From an uncultured delta proteobacterium (GTDB taxonomy: Bacteria > Desulfobacterota > Desulfuromonadia > Desulfuromonadales > BM103), in the NCBI GenBank assembly GCA_963715335.1, contig CAVQRZ010000010.1:1-43591 (forward strand): a stretch of 43,591 bases of DNA, given 5' to 3'. Position 1 is the first letter of the stretch; each line of letters starts with the position of its first letter. A model generated the notes under the pieces. The model was not told the DNA's origin, ran no database searches, and was given only the letters and a program-made list of their open reading frames with translations. Below are positions 28,451-38,564 of this stretch, one piece after another. Both the position numbers and the translations under genes were made by a program.

Positions 28451-29770
28451 TTACCCTGTCTGACGATGCTTGGCTATGAACCAAACCAGCGGGGAGACCA
28501 TGTAGCCAACGGCTGTGGCAAAAGCGATCAGGAGGGGCACCGTATAGTGATCCCGATGAGCCCCCAATGCCAAAAGGAAGAGAAACGTCCCAAGGGTAAG
28601 CACCCGCACGACTTTGGGGATTTTCGGCAGGATGGAGCGACCGAAGTGAGCATAAGGCACCCGGGAGACCATCAGCAGGGCGGTTACTGCAATGATTATC
28701 CCACTGGTCGCATCATTGGCAATTAAGACACAAGTGGTTCCCACCAACAGCGCGGCGGCGGGCGATGGCATCCCTGAGAAGGTGGTCACTCCGCCGAGGA
28801 TTCCCTGCTTTCTCTTCTCGACGACAAAGCGGACCAGGCGATACACCGTCGCACCAACGTACACCCCCCCCAGCACGATGCCGACCCACAGGTGGGTAAA
28901 CGATGCGGCAGCGATCAACCCCGTGGTGAGCCCAAAACTCGTGCCGTCGGCCACATCGTCGAACAATTCCCCTTTGGGGGTGGAGCCCCACCGTTCTGCG
29001 GCACGCCCGTCGAAGAGATCAAGAAACTGTCCCAGGAACACCAGTCCGAGGGCGTAGACCAGGGGATGGCCGGTGAGCACCACCCAGCAACCAGCAAGCC
29101 CGCATAGCAAATTCATGATGCTCAGGATGTTGGCATACCAGTAATTGGGGACGACCTTGAAGGCCGTAGAGCAAAAAGCCAGGCCCGTGCAAATCGCTAA
29201 CAGCGGCAAAATAGTGCGGGGAAGCAACGGCAACGGCCCATAGATCCAGACCAGACCGACGACGATCAGGAGCACGACGACGAGAAACGTCTTGGCTTTA
29301 CCAAACAGGTTCGCCGCCTTGATCTTGGTAAATCGCCTGGAGATCTGACCGGTGACATCGAAAGCCAGGAACAGAGTCACCAGCACAGGGTCCAGCAAGC
29401 CTCGCCAGGCCATGTAAATCAGCATGGGAGAGTACATCATCTTATCGGAGAAGGGGTCAATCGACTCCCCCTCCACGGTGTGCAGGTCGCACTTGCGGGC
29501 GATATCACCATCGGTGATATCGGTAATCATCCAGAAGGTAAAGAAGAGAAAACACAGCCGCGGGTAGCCCATATGCAGAAATATCACGGAGAGAAACCCC
29601 ATGGGATAGCGGGCCCGACTGATGGCGTTGGGGTGGAGCAGGGAGTGGTTGCGTACCCATGCGATCTGCTGGGGGGTTCGCAGAAACCGGAACACGACGA
29701 AGCGCTCCGCACCCAGCATCAGCAGGAGCGGAATCGCGATCTCAATCAGGATTGCATTGTAGGGCGGCAT
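28451..29770 (-). CDS. Tandem two-domain CDP-alcohol phosphatidyltransferase
   Basis: Two signature motifs: DITDGDIAR..GESIDPFSD and DLFDGRAAE..GELFDDVAD; FSGMPSPAAA. Confidence 0.85.
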   Translation of the reverse strand: MPPYNAILIEIAIPLLLMLGAERFVVFRFLRTPQQIAWVRNHSLLHPNAISRARYPMGFLSVIFLHMGYPRLCFLFFTFWMITDITDGDIARKCDLHTVEGESIDPFSDKMMYSPMLIYMAWRGLLDPVLVTLFLAFDVTGQISRRFTKIKAANLFGKAKTFLVVVLLIVVGLVWIYGPLPLLPRTILPLLAICTGLAFCSTAFKVVPNYWYANILSIMNLLCGLAGCWVVLTGHPLVYALGLVFLGQFLDLFDGRAAERWGSTPKGELFDDVADGTSFGLTTGLIAAASFTHLWVGIVLGGVYVGATVYRLVRFVVEKRKQGILGGVTTFSGMPSPAAALLVGTTCVLIANDATSGIIIAVTALLMVSRVPYAHFGRSILPKIPKVVRVLTLGTFLFLLALGAHRDHYTVPLLIAFATAVGYMVSPLVWFIAKHRQTG

Positions 29771-29972
29771 ACTTCCTCGGTCAAATCATCAAGGATCGCT
29801 CTCGAGCCAAAGCTCTTGTCAAAGCCATTATAGTACATCAGAACAGGGCTTATGTCCCCGGATTCCCCGGCTCCCGATTCTTACGGCTAGCCACGAAGGC
29901 ACTAAAACACCAAGCTTGAGAGTTGAAAAAATCGAACTTTACCATATAAAAGCACTTCTTGGTGCTCTATGA

Positions 29973-30005
29973 TTGGAGACACTCAATATTAAGTGTCCCC
30001 GGCTC
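29973..30005. repeat. Family A repeat variant
   Basis: TTGGAGACACTCAATATTAAGTGTCCCCGGCTC; a half copy TGTCCCCGG..CCCCGGCTCC lies at ~29853-29875. Confidence 0.85.
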
Positions 30006-30031
30006 AACATCCAACCGAAGGGTCAACCCAG

Positions 30032-30913
30032 ATGGGAATCGCCAGGCGCCCTTCGTGCGTCAGCCTGCCCGATGCCAGCAAGCCCTACCCGACGATTCTC
30101 AGCTTTCTTGTGCAGAGATTTCCCCGGGTCGGTCAGGCTCTGTGGGAGCAGCGCATCGCTGACCGTAAAGTGCTCGACGCTGCGGGCACGCCGATCACCC
30201 TCACCACGCCCTACCTGCCCCGGCAGCGGCTCTATTATTTCCGAGAAGTTCCGGCAGAACCGTCCATCCCTCTGCCAGAAACCATTCTCTTTCAAAACGA
30301 TGAGCTCCTCGTCGCCTGCAAGCCGCCGTTTCTGCCGGTCACGCCAGCGGGGCCCTACGTCAACGAATGCCTGCTTCATCGCCTGCTGCTAAAGACCGGC
30401 AACAACGATATCGTGCCTCTGCACAGGATCGACCGGGAGACTTCCGGCCTGGTTTTATTTTCCATGCATAAAGCGACCCGGGGGCGCTACGCGGAGCTGT
30501 TCGCCAAAGGCCAGATGGAAAAAAGCTACGAAGCCCTTGCAGAGCTCGCGCAATGTCCGGAAAAAACCGAGTGGACGGTGGCGAACCGGCTGTGCCGGGC
30601 GGAGGTCTGGTTTCGCAGCCAGGTCACGGCAGGGCCGGTTAATGCACGCTCGCAAATCAGGCTGGTGGATTTTGCCCAGAACCGGGCGCGCTTCCTGCTG
30701 TACCCGCTAACCGGCAAGAAGCACCAGCTCAGAATTCATATGAGCGGGCTGGGTTTCCCCATCATGCACGACCGGTATTACCCGGTGTTGCTGGACAAGC
30801 AGGAGGACGACTTTGGCCGGCCGCTGCAGCTGATCGCCCGCCGGGTTAGATTCACCGACCCGATTTCCGGAAAAGTCATGGAATTCGAGTCTGAGCGTCA
30901 ACTTGCCGATTAG
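30032..30913 (+). CDS. RluA family pseudouridine synthase (second, divergent)
   Basis: KPPFLPVTP, LHRIDRETSG, TGKKHQLRIHM, DRYYP, PLQLIA. Confidence 0.92.
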   Translation: MGIARRPSCVSLPDASKPYPTILSFLVQRFPRVGQALWEQRIADRKVLDAAGTPITLTTPYLPRQRLYYFREVPAEPSIPLPETILFQNDELLVACKPPFLPVTPAGPYVNECLLHRLLLKTGNNDIVPLHRIDRETSGLVLFSMHKATRGRYAELFAKGQMEKSYEALAELAQCPEKTEWTVANRLCRAEVWFRSQVTAGPVNARSQIRLVDFAQNRARFLLYPLTGKKHQLRIHMSGLGFPIMHDRYYPVLLDKQEDDFGRPLQLIARRVRFTDPISGKVMEFESERQLAD

Positions 30914-30920
30914 ATAAAGC

Positions 30921-30964
30921 GGCGACACTCAAAAGGGACCCTTGTTTTCAAGTGTCCTCGGCTC
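30921..30964. repeat. Family A repeat
   Basis: GGCGACACTCAAAAGGGACCCTTGTTTTCAAGTGTCCTCGGCTC. Confidence 0.85.
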
Positions 30965-30987
30965 AAAAAAAAGCTGCTCCTTAGAGC

Positions 30988-31344
30988 CTATTCCAGGAGA
31001 AAATCCTGCAGGTTGGTTTTGCCATAGCGAACATCGGGGTTGGCATCCTTGATCTGCTTGGCAATCGTCGCCATGATCATCTTCACCCCGGGGGTTTTAG
31101 CCGGGTCGGTAAGGGGCAGCAGCCTGACCGTCAGACTCGCTTTCTTTTGTGACAGTTCAACAAAAAAGCTTTGGTTGTGGTTGTTTTCAATCGCCAGAGA
31201 TTCCACGAGCACTTTATTTTCGCCGGAATTGATATAGGTGTCTGTGACTTTGAGAATGCCGTCGTCGATCCTGGTTGCAAACGGAACAATGCTGTGCAAA
31301 ACCTCTCTTACGGAATTGATATTTTCCAACACAACATGGGGCAT
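30988..31344 (-). CDS. Hypothetical protein (118 aa)
   Basis: GGAGG RBS before MPHVVLE; fills the space between two family A repeats. Confidence 0.75.
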   Translation of the reverse strand: MPHVVLENINSVREVLHSIVPFATRIDDGILKVTDTYINSGENKVLVESLAIENNHNQSFFVELSQKKASLTVRLLPLTDPAKTPGVKMIMATIAKQIKDANPDVRYGKTNLQDFLLE

Positions 31345-31366
31345 CTTGTTCCTCCAGTCTTTACGG

Positions 31367-31393
31367 AGGGACACTCTATTCTGAGTGTCCCCG
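31367..31393. repeat. Family A repeat
   Basis: AGGGACACTCTATTCTGAGTGTCCCCG. Confidence 0.9.
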
Positions 31394-31400
31394 CTTTGAT

Positions 31401-32222
31401 TCATCGCCAGGTAATCGGTGGCGTTTTACGCTTGGGGATACGATGATAACGAAACTGCGGATAACCGAGCATCATCGCCCCAAAGCACTGATGCCCTTCA
31501 GGTAGGGCCAGGGCCTGCTGCAGTGGGGGGAAAGTGCTCGCAGCAGCATTAAAGTAACCCGCCCAACAGCCGCCAAGGTCCATGCCGGTTGCGGCCAGCT
31601 CCAGGTAGGTTAGAGCGATCGTGCAGCTGGTCAGGCTCACCCGATCATCTTGCGGTGCATGGGCAAGCACCAGCACCGGAGCACCGCGCAGAACCACATC
31701 CTCGCCCCCCTCCAGCCTGCGCAGGGCATTATCCAGGTGGTAGGTCAGAGCGACCTCTGGCATGTTTTTCAGCATCCAGGCCATCCACTGGCCAACCCCC
31801 CGGATCAGCTTGTTCAATTCATCACGATCGCTTAGCACCAGCCATTCCACCGTTTGCGTGTTATGCCCGGTCGGCGCAAACCGAGCGGTTTCAATCAGCT
31901 TTTGCAAGGTTGCGCGAGGCACGGCCTGATCGCGGTAATTTCGGATCGAACGGCGGCCCCGCAAGAGCTGCTCACACTGCTCGGCAGATAACGACAGCTC
32001 CGGTTGCATGTCCGGGCACTCGGTTAATGGCATCTCGGCATGCAGCAAGCTGCCGGTTTTGCAAACCGCAACGCAATGGCCACAGCGAATACACAATTTT
32101 TCAGCCGCATCAATCGGGGTTGGATATTCGCCTCTGCTGAAGGTGATCAGCTTGGCCGGACACACCGCGCTGCAGAAGCCATCCTTGTTGCAGGTTTGCT
32201 GGTCGATTTCGATAAAACTCAC
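31401..32222 (-). CDS. Nitroreductase with N-terminal ferredoxin domain
   Basis: CNKDGFCSAVCP, CIRCGHCVAVC, RRSIRNY, APTGHN, LGGCWAG; GTG start after AAGGAG. Confidence 0.92.
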   Translation of the reverse strand: MSFIEIDQQTCNKDGFCSAVCPAKLITFSRGEYPTPIDAAEKLCIRCGHCVAVCKTGSLLHAEMPLTECPDMQPELSLSAEQCEQLLRGRRSIRNYRDQAVPRATLQKLIETARFAPTGHNTQTVEWLVLSDRDELNKLIRGVGQWMAWMLKNMPEVALTYHLDNALRRLEGGEDVVLRGAPVLVLAHAPQDDRVSLTSCTIALTYLELAATGMDLGGCWAGYFNAAASTFPPLQQALALPEGHQCFGAMMLGYPQFRYHRIPKRKTPPITWR

Positions 32223-32340
32223 GGGTTTTCTCCTTGGGCGCTTATTGCTGCAAGGACTGGCAGCTAAACTCTTGGTGGAGCAGTGGGACTCTTCACGTAG
32301 GGATTGTAGCAATGATGAATACGAAGGGCAAACGACTTAC

Positions 32341-32368
32341 AAGGGACACTTGATTTTAAGTGTCCCCG
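32341..32368. repeat. Family A repeat
   Basis: AAGGGACACTTGATTTTAAGTGTCCCCG. Confidence 0.9.
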
Positions 32369-32472
32369 AATCCTATCGTCTCACTGTACTCCCTTAAAAT
32401 AATGTTATCAGAAGATTAGAATTGCTATGATGACCCCAGCTTCACACCATCCGCCCTGTCCCGGAGATTCAT

Positions 32473-32874
32473 GTGAACCGCACGGCATTCGAACAACTGG
32501 TTGAAAAAACCCTGGCAACGCTACCGACGGAGTACGCCGGCCGGCTGCACAACCTGGTCTTTTTGATCGAAGACTGGGCCGACCCCGCAACTCTTGCCGA
32601 GGTTGGGATCGACGATCCGGCCGAACTGCTCGGCTTCTACAACGGCACGCCCTTGACCGAGCGGTCGCATGACCAAATCGTTCCAGGACCCGATCGGATC
32701 ACTCTCTACCACGGAGCCATCGAACTGCAAGCCAGCTTGAGCGGACTGCCGGTCCGCCAGGTGATCCGCGAAACCCTGTGGCACGAAATCGCCCATTACT
32801 TCGGCTTCAGCGAGGAGGACATGGACCGTATCGAGGATTTCTGGGCGGATCGGGGTGTTCCGGAATCACGGTAG
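32473..32874 (+). CDS. Minimal zincin (Zincin_1) metallopeptidase family protein
   Basis: LLGFYNGTPL, PDRITLY, HEIAHYFG (HExxH). Confidence 0.88.
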   Translation: MNRTAFEQLVEKTLATLPTEYAGRLHNLVFLIEDWADPATLAEVGIDDPAELLGFYNGTPLTERSHDQIVPGPDRITLYHGAIELQASLSGLPVRQVIRETLWHEIAHYFGFSEEDMDRIEDFWADRGVPESR

Positions 32875-32893
32875 AGTGGTTGCAACGCGGAGT

Positions 32894-32927
32894 TTGGGGA
32901 CACTCTATTTTGAGTGTCCCCGGCTCC
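32894..32927. repeat. Family A repeat
   Basis: TTGGGGACACTCTATTTTGAGTGTCCCCGGCTCC. Confidence 0.92.
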
Positions 32928-32961
32928 AACTTAATTTCCAGATGGGCTCCCATTTTTCGAA

Positions 32962-34110
32962 TCAATACCCGGTCAACTCAACATAGCCGACACCACCGAG
33001 CGGACTGTCACGCTGCGTGCCTTGCACAGAGACCGCACCTTCCCAGTAGCGCACGGTTGTCTGCAACTCCTGGTCAGCCAGAACAGGGGTTATGTCCAGG
33101 CTGATACCTTCTTTGACCATGTCCAGCCTCCATTTGGCCGGATACCTTGCGCCGCTCTCGTCACTCTGCCAATGCTCAAGCACCTTGATTTGCAGATCAC
33201 CTGTCTGCAATCTCTGGGTCGCTCCGTCTGCGTCGACCAGGACTCCGCTGCTCAAAGGATCGGGCGTACCGTCCTGCAAACGAAGCTGGTAATACATCAG
33301 CTCGCGGCCGTCATCGAATTGCAGACTGAACCAGTCCCAGCCAACCTGGTCTTCGCCCAGGGCACTCGTGCTCCACTCGCGATCCAGCCAGCTGGTGCCG
33401 GCAACCTGAAAGGTTTCCCCCGCAATCACAATCTGCCCGGAGGTAACCAAACGGGTCATGGAATAGTAGTAAGACGCATTGCCGGGCTGAGCGCTTTTTT
33501 GACTCAGCCCGTTCTGGCCCTGCAAAACGATGGGCTTGGCACTCTGCAAATGCAAATCGATCGCGACGTCATCTTCGCTGGCGGAAAGCCTCATCGGCAA
33601 AGGTTCGCCCTGCCCGCCCTCGGCACGCCAGTCTTCCAGCCAGACCTGGAAAGGCTCGGCCTGGGCTCCGGCCAGCCCCAAAGAGTCGCGGCTAAAGCGC
33701 TCAAAATAATAAAAACGCCCGCTGACCGGGTCAGTCAGGGCGAAGTGGCCCATGTAGACCTGGTTGGTCGCCCAGCTGGACGCCCGCTGCGGCGGCTCGG
33801 GCGTCAATGCGGCCCGGAAAAAGGTCAACTGGTAGCCGAAACGGCGCTGGTTTGCGGAGAGCAGGTTGCCCGTGTAGTACCACCATTCGGTTTTGAAGCG
33901 GGGGTGCGGACCATGGTCGAGCGGAAAGCGGAACTGCCGCGGCCGGTCGGCTCGCGCATAGTCCCCCGCCTCGGCACCGCCCAGCAGCTGATCGACGCGC
34001 AGGGCCGGCCCCGGCTTGGTCTCGGCAGGCGCTTGCCCTGCCAGGCAGAGAAGGCCGGCCGCCGCCAGCGCGCAGCCCAGAACCAGAGAGATGAAGAGCC
34101 GTGTATTCAT
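32962..34110 (-). CDS. AttH/CrtC-like lipocalin-domain secreted protein
   Basis: FPLDHGPHP..EWWYYTGNL, GYQLTFFR, SYYYS, WLDREWS, GWDWFSL, YWEG, GYVELTGY. Confidence 0.9.
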   Translation of the reverse strand: MNTRLFISLVLGCALAAAGLLCLAGQAPAETKPGPALRVDQLLGGAEAGDYARADRPRQFRFPLDHGPHPRFKTEWWYYTGNLLSANQRRFGYQLTFFRAALTPEPPQRASSWATNQVYMGHFALTDPVSGRFYYFERFSRDSLGLAGAQAEPFQVWLEDWRAEGGQGEPLPMRLSASEDDVAIDLHLQSAKPIVLQGQNGLSQKSAQPGNASYYYSMTRLVTSGQIVIAGETFQVAGTSWLDREWSTSALGEDQVGWDWFSLQFDDGRELMYYQLRLQDGTPDPLSSGVLVDADGATQRLQTGDLQIKVLEHWQSDESGARYPAKWRLDMVKEGISLDITPVLADQELQTTVRYWEGAVSVQGTQRDSPLGGVGYVELTGY

Positions 34111-34113
34111 GAG

Positions 34114-36657
34114 CTACTCGTAGCGCATCGCCAGCGCCGGCGAGGTCCGCGCCATGCGCCAGGCCGGGTAAATGCCCGCAGCGAGTGCGGCAAGCACGGA
34201 CAGGGCCAGCGCCTGGAGCAGGACGCCGGGATCGATGGAGATGGCCATGCTCCAGCCGAAGGAGCGCTGGTTGATGACCAGGATCAGGGCCAGGGCCTGC
34301 AAGATGCCAAGGGGCAAAGCGAGCAGCCCGGCGATCAGGCCGACAATGCTCGTCTCGGCGATGACCAGGCGCCACAGCTGCTGCGGCGTCAAGCCGTTCG
34401 CGCGCAGGACCGCCAGCTCCCTGGCCCGCTCTATCTGCATCGCCATCAGGGCATTGAGGATGCCGATGAAGGCCACCAGCACCGCCAGCATGCGCAGGAC
34501 CGAAGTGACGGCAAAGGTGCGGTCGAAGGTCGCGAGCGAGGCTTCGCGCAGGCCCCGGTTGGAATAAACCATGACCTGCTGCTTCCCCGCTGCGGCGCGC
34601 CTGAACTGCGCGGCAACGCGCTCTGCATCATAGCCGTCTTCAAGATAGGCGGCCAGGGCATCGACCTGATCATCAAGCCAGTATTTCTGGTAGAGGTGAC
34701 GGCCCATGGTGATGCGTCCGCGGTCGGAGCCGTAGTCGGTGAAGACGCCGGCGACCAGGAAAGACCGCTCGCCCTGGTCGGTGCGCAACGAGATGCTGTC
34801 GCCCTGCGCGAGGTCGTGATGAAAGGCGTAGGGTTCGGACACGATGACGGCATCGCTCTGCAGGAAGGTCTGGTAGATCTCCTCCGGCTCGCCCTCGGCA
34901 AACCAGTAACTCAGGAAAGTCTCGGAGGGGATTTCGGCGACAAACAGGTCACTGGTCCCCTGCGCGGATTCCAGGGTGATGTGGCGGGCCGCGACGATCC
35001 GCGCGATGCCGTCGATCCGGCGTACTGCCCGCAGATAGTCATCCTGCAGAGGCTGCCGTCCGGGGCCGAACGTCGAGCCCGATGTGGACACGTAAATATC
35101 GGCCTGCAAATAGCTTTGCAGCCAGGTCTCCACGGTTGAGCGGAAGCTGTTGATCATCAACCCGACGCCAACCGTGGCTGCCACGGCAATCACCAGGGCC
35201 GAGGTCGCCACGCCGGTCCGGCTCAGCCCGCCCAACAGGTTGCGCACCGCCAGCTTGCCGAGGATCCCCGAGAAACGGCCCAGCAAAGGCTGGATTTTCC
35301 TCAGGATCCATACGAACGCGCCGGGGACGATGAGGGCATAGCCGGTAATCAGCAGGAACATGAAGAAAAAACTCGCCGGGATGCTCTTGCCGGGGACCAT
35401 CAGGCCGAACCCGCCCAGGGCCATCAGCCCCAGCCCGACGCCCACGCCCCAAGGGAGCAGCCTGCGCTGCCGGCTTTCGACGTTGGAACGGAGCAGCGCA
35501 CCGCGCGGGGCGGTCCTGGCCGCCTCCAGCGCAGGCATGAGAGCGGCCAGGGTGGTCGCGCCAAGGCCGAGCAGAAGCCCCTTGGCAAGGGACAGGGGGG
35601 TCACGAAAAGGGTCTGGATGTTGAGGACGAAATACAGGTCGTTGATGGTGCGCGTGACAATGGCGAGCAGCCCGTTGGCGAGCAGCACCCCGGCCGCGAG
35701 CCCCAGCGCCGTGCCCACGGCGCCGATCAGGAAGGCCTCGACCAGGACCATGCTGAAGATTTCGCGGCGGGTCACTCCCAGGGTGCGCAAGGCGCCCAGC
35801 AGCCCCCTGCGCTGCAAAATCGAAAACGTCATGGTGTTGTAAATGAGAAACATCCCCACCACCAGGGCCAGCAGGCTCAAGGCGGTGAGGTTGAGCTGAA
35901 AGGCCCGCGTCATCTGCGCCATGGTTTGCGCGCGGCTGTCGGCAGGGAGGATTTCGGCGTTGGCGGGGAGCAGCGGGCGCAGCGCGTCGAGGCTGGCCAG
36001 GCCGGCCGCATCGAGGGGCACAATCAAATCGATGCGGGACAGCCGGCCCTTTTGCGAAAAGAGCTCCTGCGCGGAGCTGAGGTCCATGACGACGAGGTTG
36101 TCCAGGGCCCTGGCGGTGACCTGCTGGCGCGGTTCCAGCAGGCCGACCAAGGTGATCTCACCGGGCTTGCCGCCAATGGTCAGAGGCAGCCGGTCCCCTT
36201 GACTGAGACCCAGTGAACGGGCCGTTTCCCTGGTCATCAAAGCCGCGCCCGGCTCGGTGACCAGGCGGCCCAGGTCGAGCCGGCGGTCGGTGGCCGGCGC
36301 ATAGTTGCGAAAAGGCCTTTCGGCGAAGGGGTCGACCCCCAGCAGCTTCAGGGTGAGGCCAGGTTGGCCCGGCACGGTTGCGTAGCCCTCCACGACCGGC
36401 GCGCTGTTGCGCCAATGGCCATTGAGCCGGATCTGCCGGTAGCTGTCCTCGGGCAGGCCGTTGGAACCGCCGACAATCATGTGGGTGGTACGGCCCGTCA
36501 ACGCCTCGGCCGAGAGGTTGAAGGCGCGCTCGGCGCTGCTGTTGGCCAGATCGATCGCAACGACAACCGCGACCCCCAGGGCGACGCCGATCACCGCAAA
36601 GACAACCTGCAAGGGATGGCGCAGAAGATATCGGAAGCCGGCTCGCCACAGGATCAT
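34114..36657 (-). CDS. FtsX-like ABC transporter permease (AttF/G-like, duplicated domains)
   Basis: GVALGVAVVVAIDLAN, LVVGMFLIYNT, LRTLG, RELAVLRANG, INQRSFGW. Confidence 0.9.
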   Translation of the reverse strand: MILWRAGFRYLLRHPLQVVFAVIGVALGVAVVVAIDLANSSAERAFNLSAEALTGRTTHMIVGGSNGLPEDSYRQIRLNGHWRNSAPVVEGYATVPGQPGLTLKLLGVDPFAERPFRNYAPATDRRLDLGRLVTEPGAALMTRETARSLGLSQGDRLPLTIGGKPGEITLVGLLEPRQQVTARALDNLVVMDLSSAQELFSQKGRLSRIDLIVPLDAAGLASLDALRPLLPANAEILPADSRAQTMAQMTRAFQLNLTALSLLALVVGMFLIYNTMTFSILQRRGLLGALRTLGVTRREIFSMVLVEAFLIGAVGTALGLAAGVLLANGLLAIVTRTINDLYFVLNIQTLFVTPLSLAKGLLLGLGATTLAALMPALEAARTAPRGALLRSNVESRQRRLLPWGVGVGLGLMALGGFGLMVPGKSIPASFFFMFLLITGYALIVPGAFVWILRKIQPLLGRFSGILGKLAVRNLLGGLSRTGVATSALVIAVAATVGVGLMINSFRSTVETWLQSYLQADIYVSTSGSTFGPGRQPLQDDYLRAVRRIDGIARIVAARHITLESAQGTSDLFVAEIPSETFLSYWFAEGEPEEIYQTFLQSDAVIVSEPYAFHHDLAQGDSISLRTDQGERSFLVAGVFTDYGSDRGRITMGRHLYQKYWLDDQVDALAAYLEDGYDAERVAAQFRRAAAGKQQVMVYSNRGLREASLATFDRTFAVTSVLRMLAVLVAFIGILNALMAMQIERARELAVLRANGLTPQQLWRLVIAETSIVGLIAGLLALPLGILQALALILVINQRSFGWSMAISIDPGVLLQALALSVLAALAAGIYPAWRMARTSPALAMRYE

Positions 36658-37358
36658 GGCAAACCCTTTGCTTCTGCAACCTGTTCGATTAGGATCCCGT
36701 CACGGATCGTCAGGACGCGGTCTGCAAGCCGGGCGATTTCAGGACTGTGCGTGACCATCAGGGTGGTCATCCGGTTGGTTCTGATCAGTTGACTCAACAG
36801 CTTGAGAACCTCTGCGCCGGTCTCGACATCCAGGTTGCCGGTCGGTTCGTCGGCCAGCAGCAGCAGCGGTTTGTGGATCAAGGCCCGGCAGATGGCGATG
36901 CGCTGCTGCTCACCTCCGGAAAGACGGTCCGGATAACTGTCGGCACGATCGGCGAGGCCCACCTGGCCGAGGATGTCGAGGGCCTGTTGTTTTGACTCGG
37001 TCGCGATGCTCTTTTTCAGCTCCAGCGGCAGGAGCAGGTTCTCGATAACGGTGAGCGTCGGGATGAGATTGTAGAATTGGAAGACAAAGCCGATGTGGTC
37101 GCGCCTGAAGAGGGTCCTCTGCTGCTCGGTCATGGTGGTCAGGTTCTGCCCACCGATCCGAACCTCTCCTGCGGTAGGCAGATCGATGCCACTGATCAGG
37201 TTCAGCAGGGTAGATTTCCCCGAGCCGCTCCGTCCTAACAGGACGACAAAATCACCTCTGTTGATCGATGCATCAAGCCCATGGAAAACCACCCGTTGAC
37301 TCTCGCCTTCGGCAAAAGTCTTGCTCAGATTGCAAATTTCGAGGATTTCATCAGACAC
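36654..37358 (-). CDS. ABC transporter ATP-binding protein (LolD/AttE-like)
   Basis: [31 protein letters not shown]. Confidence 0.93.
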   Translation of the reverse strand: MSDEILEICNLSKTFAEGESQRVVFHGLDASINRGDFVVLLGRSGSGKSTLLNLISGIDLPTAGEVRIGGQNLTTMTEQQRTLFRRDHIGFVFQFYNLIPTLTVIENLLLPLELKKSIATESKQQALDILGQVGLADRADSYPDRLSGGEQQRIAICRALIHKPLLLLADEPTGNLDVETGAEVLKLLSQLIRTNRMTTLMVTHSPEIARLADRVLTIRDGILIEQVAEAKGLP

Positions 37359-37632
37359 AGGCAGAAGGTCCTTTTGAAGTCGGTGTCATCGGGGTCCGGT
37401 GTCAGGCTTGACTGATGGGTCTTTCGCATACCACCTCTCCTGCAAAAATAAAGAGGAATGCAACGCCTGAAACAGCGTCACAGCCCCCTCCCGTAAAAAT
37501 AGACGACATATTAGACCAGACTAAATCACCCTGTTAAAAATACCCTTTCAACTGTGATTGTCAATTATTCTAATGACCTGCCACGAGCAACCGGCACCAC
37601 CCGGATCATGAAATCGGCACAGGCTGCGGCTC

Positions 37633-38481
37633 CTATTCGGCTTTGACAATATGCACATCCCGTTGTGGGAAAGGGATACTGATTTGCGCTTCGATTAACG
37701 CTTTGTGGATCGCCAGGTTCACTCGGTAGAGGAGATTAAAGTACATTTTGGTCGGCACCCAGTAACGCAGGCCGATATTGATGGATGATTCCGCGAACTC
37801 TTCGATACCAATCTGCGGGGCCGGTTCCTGAGTAATCTCCTCAAAACCGGTCAAGACCTGTTGTAAAACTGCGATGGCTTGTTCCGGGTCATCCCGGTAA
37901 GAAATCCCCACGCTAGTCTCAATGACCCTGTTCTCAAATGAGTTCACCAGGATTTCGCCGACGATATGCTTGTTGGGGATGGTTATCTGTTCGCCATCCT
38001 CGGTGTCAAGCAGGGTCGCGGCCAGACGGATCTCATCGACGACACCGCTGACCCCCTGCACCGTGATGGTGTTGCCAACCACAAAGGGGCGAGTCAGAAT
38101 CAGGGTCAGTCCGGCACCGTAGTTGGATAAAGGACCCGCGATGGCAAAGCTGGTACCAAAAGCCAGGGCACCGAGAGCGGCGATAAATGGCGCGATGGAA
38201 ATACCAAACTTGCCAATGGCTATGATGATGACAAACATCATCACCATAAGTTTGACGCTGCTGGCGAGGAATTTCGACAGCGTGATGTCGATATTGCGCT
38301 TTTCGCAGATCCGCAACATCAATCTCGACAGCCAGCCAGAAAGCTTGAGGCCGATAACCAGAATAATCAGCGCACCGACGATCTGGAAGCTGTACTGAAT
38401 GCAGAACTCAACCACCACGTCGATGATCTTCTGCAGCATCTGGAGTTCTTCGCCGATCAACGCATTGGCTTCAGGATTCAT
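37633..38481 (-). CDS. mscS: Small-conductance mechanosensitive channel
   Basis: Three TM segments, LSNYGAG, RPFVVG, IPNK, VGISY, IPFPQRDVH. Confidence 0.9.
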   Translation of the reverse strand: MNPEANALIGEELQMLQKIIDVVVEFCIQYSFQIVGALIILVIGLKLSGWLSRLMLRICEKRNIDITLSKFLASSVKLMVMMFVIIIAIGKFGISIAPFIAALGALAFGTSFAIAGPLSNYGAGLTLILTRPFVVGNTITVQGVSGVVDEIRLAATLLDTEDGEQITIPNKHIVGEILVNSFENRVIETSVGISYRDDPEQAIAVLQQVLTGFEEITQEPAPQIGIEEFAESSINIGLRYWVPTKMYFNLLYRVNLAIHKALIEAQISIPFPQRDVHIVKAE

Positions 38482-38530
38482 CTGAGTACCTCCCAGGTTG
38501 GTATGGAGTTAGACAAAGCGGTCATTGCTT

Positions 38531-38561
38531 AAGGGCTTTTGATTTTGAGTGTCCCCGACAC
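38531..38561. repeat. Family A repeat (left arm decayed)
   Basis: AAGGGCTTTTGATTTTGAGTGTCCCCGACAC. Confidence 0.8.
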
Positions 38562-38564
38562 CCA

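Noticed and set aside
23189..31404. Long N-terminal extensions in the ORF track (EamA to 24211, rluA from 29993, hypothetical to 31404, secreted protein to 25867)
   Set aside because: They run through family A repeats; downstream starts with an RBS and/or family-typical length fit better
33022..35139. 705-aa plus-strand ORF and other long antisense ORFs (8165-9097, 19676-20665, 3862-4617, 18671-19657)
   Set aside because: They overlap well-supported genes on the opposite strand or in another frame, have no recognisable motifs, and are expected shadows in GC-rich DNA
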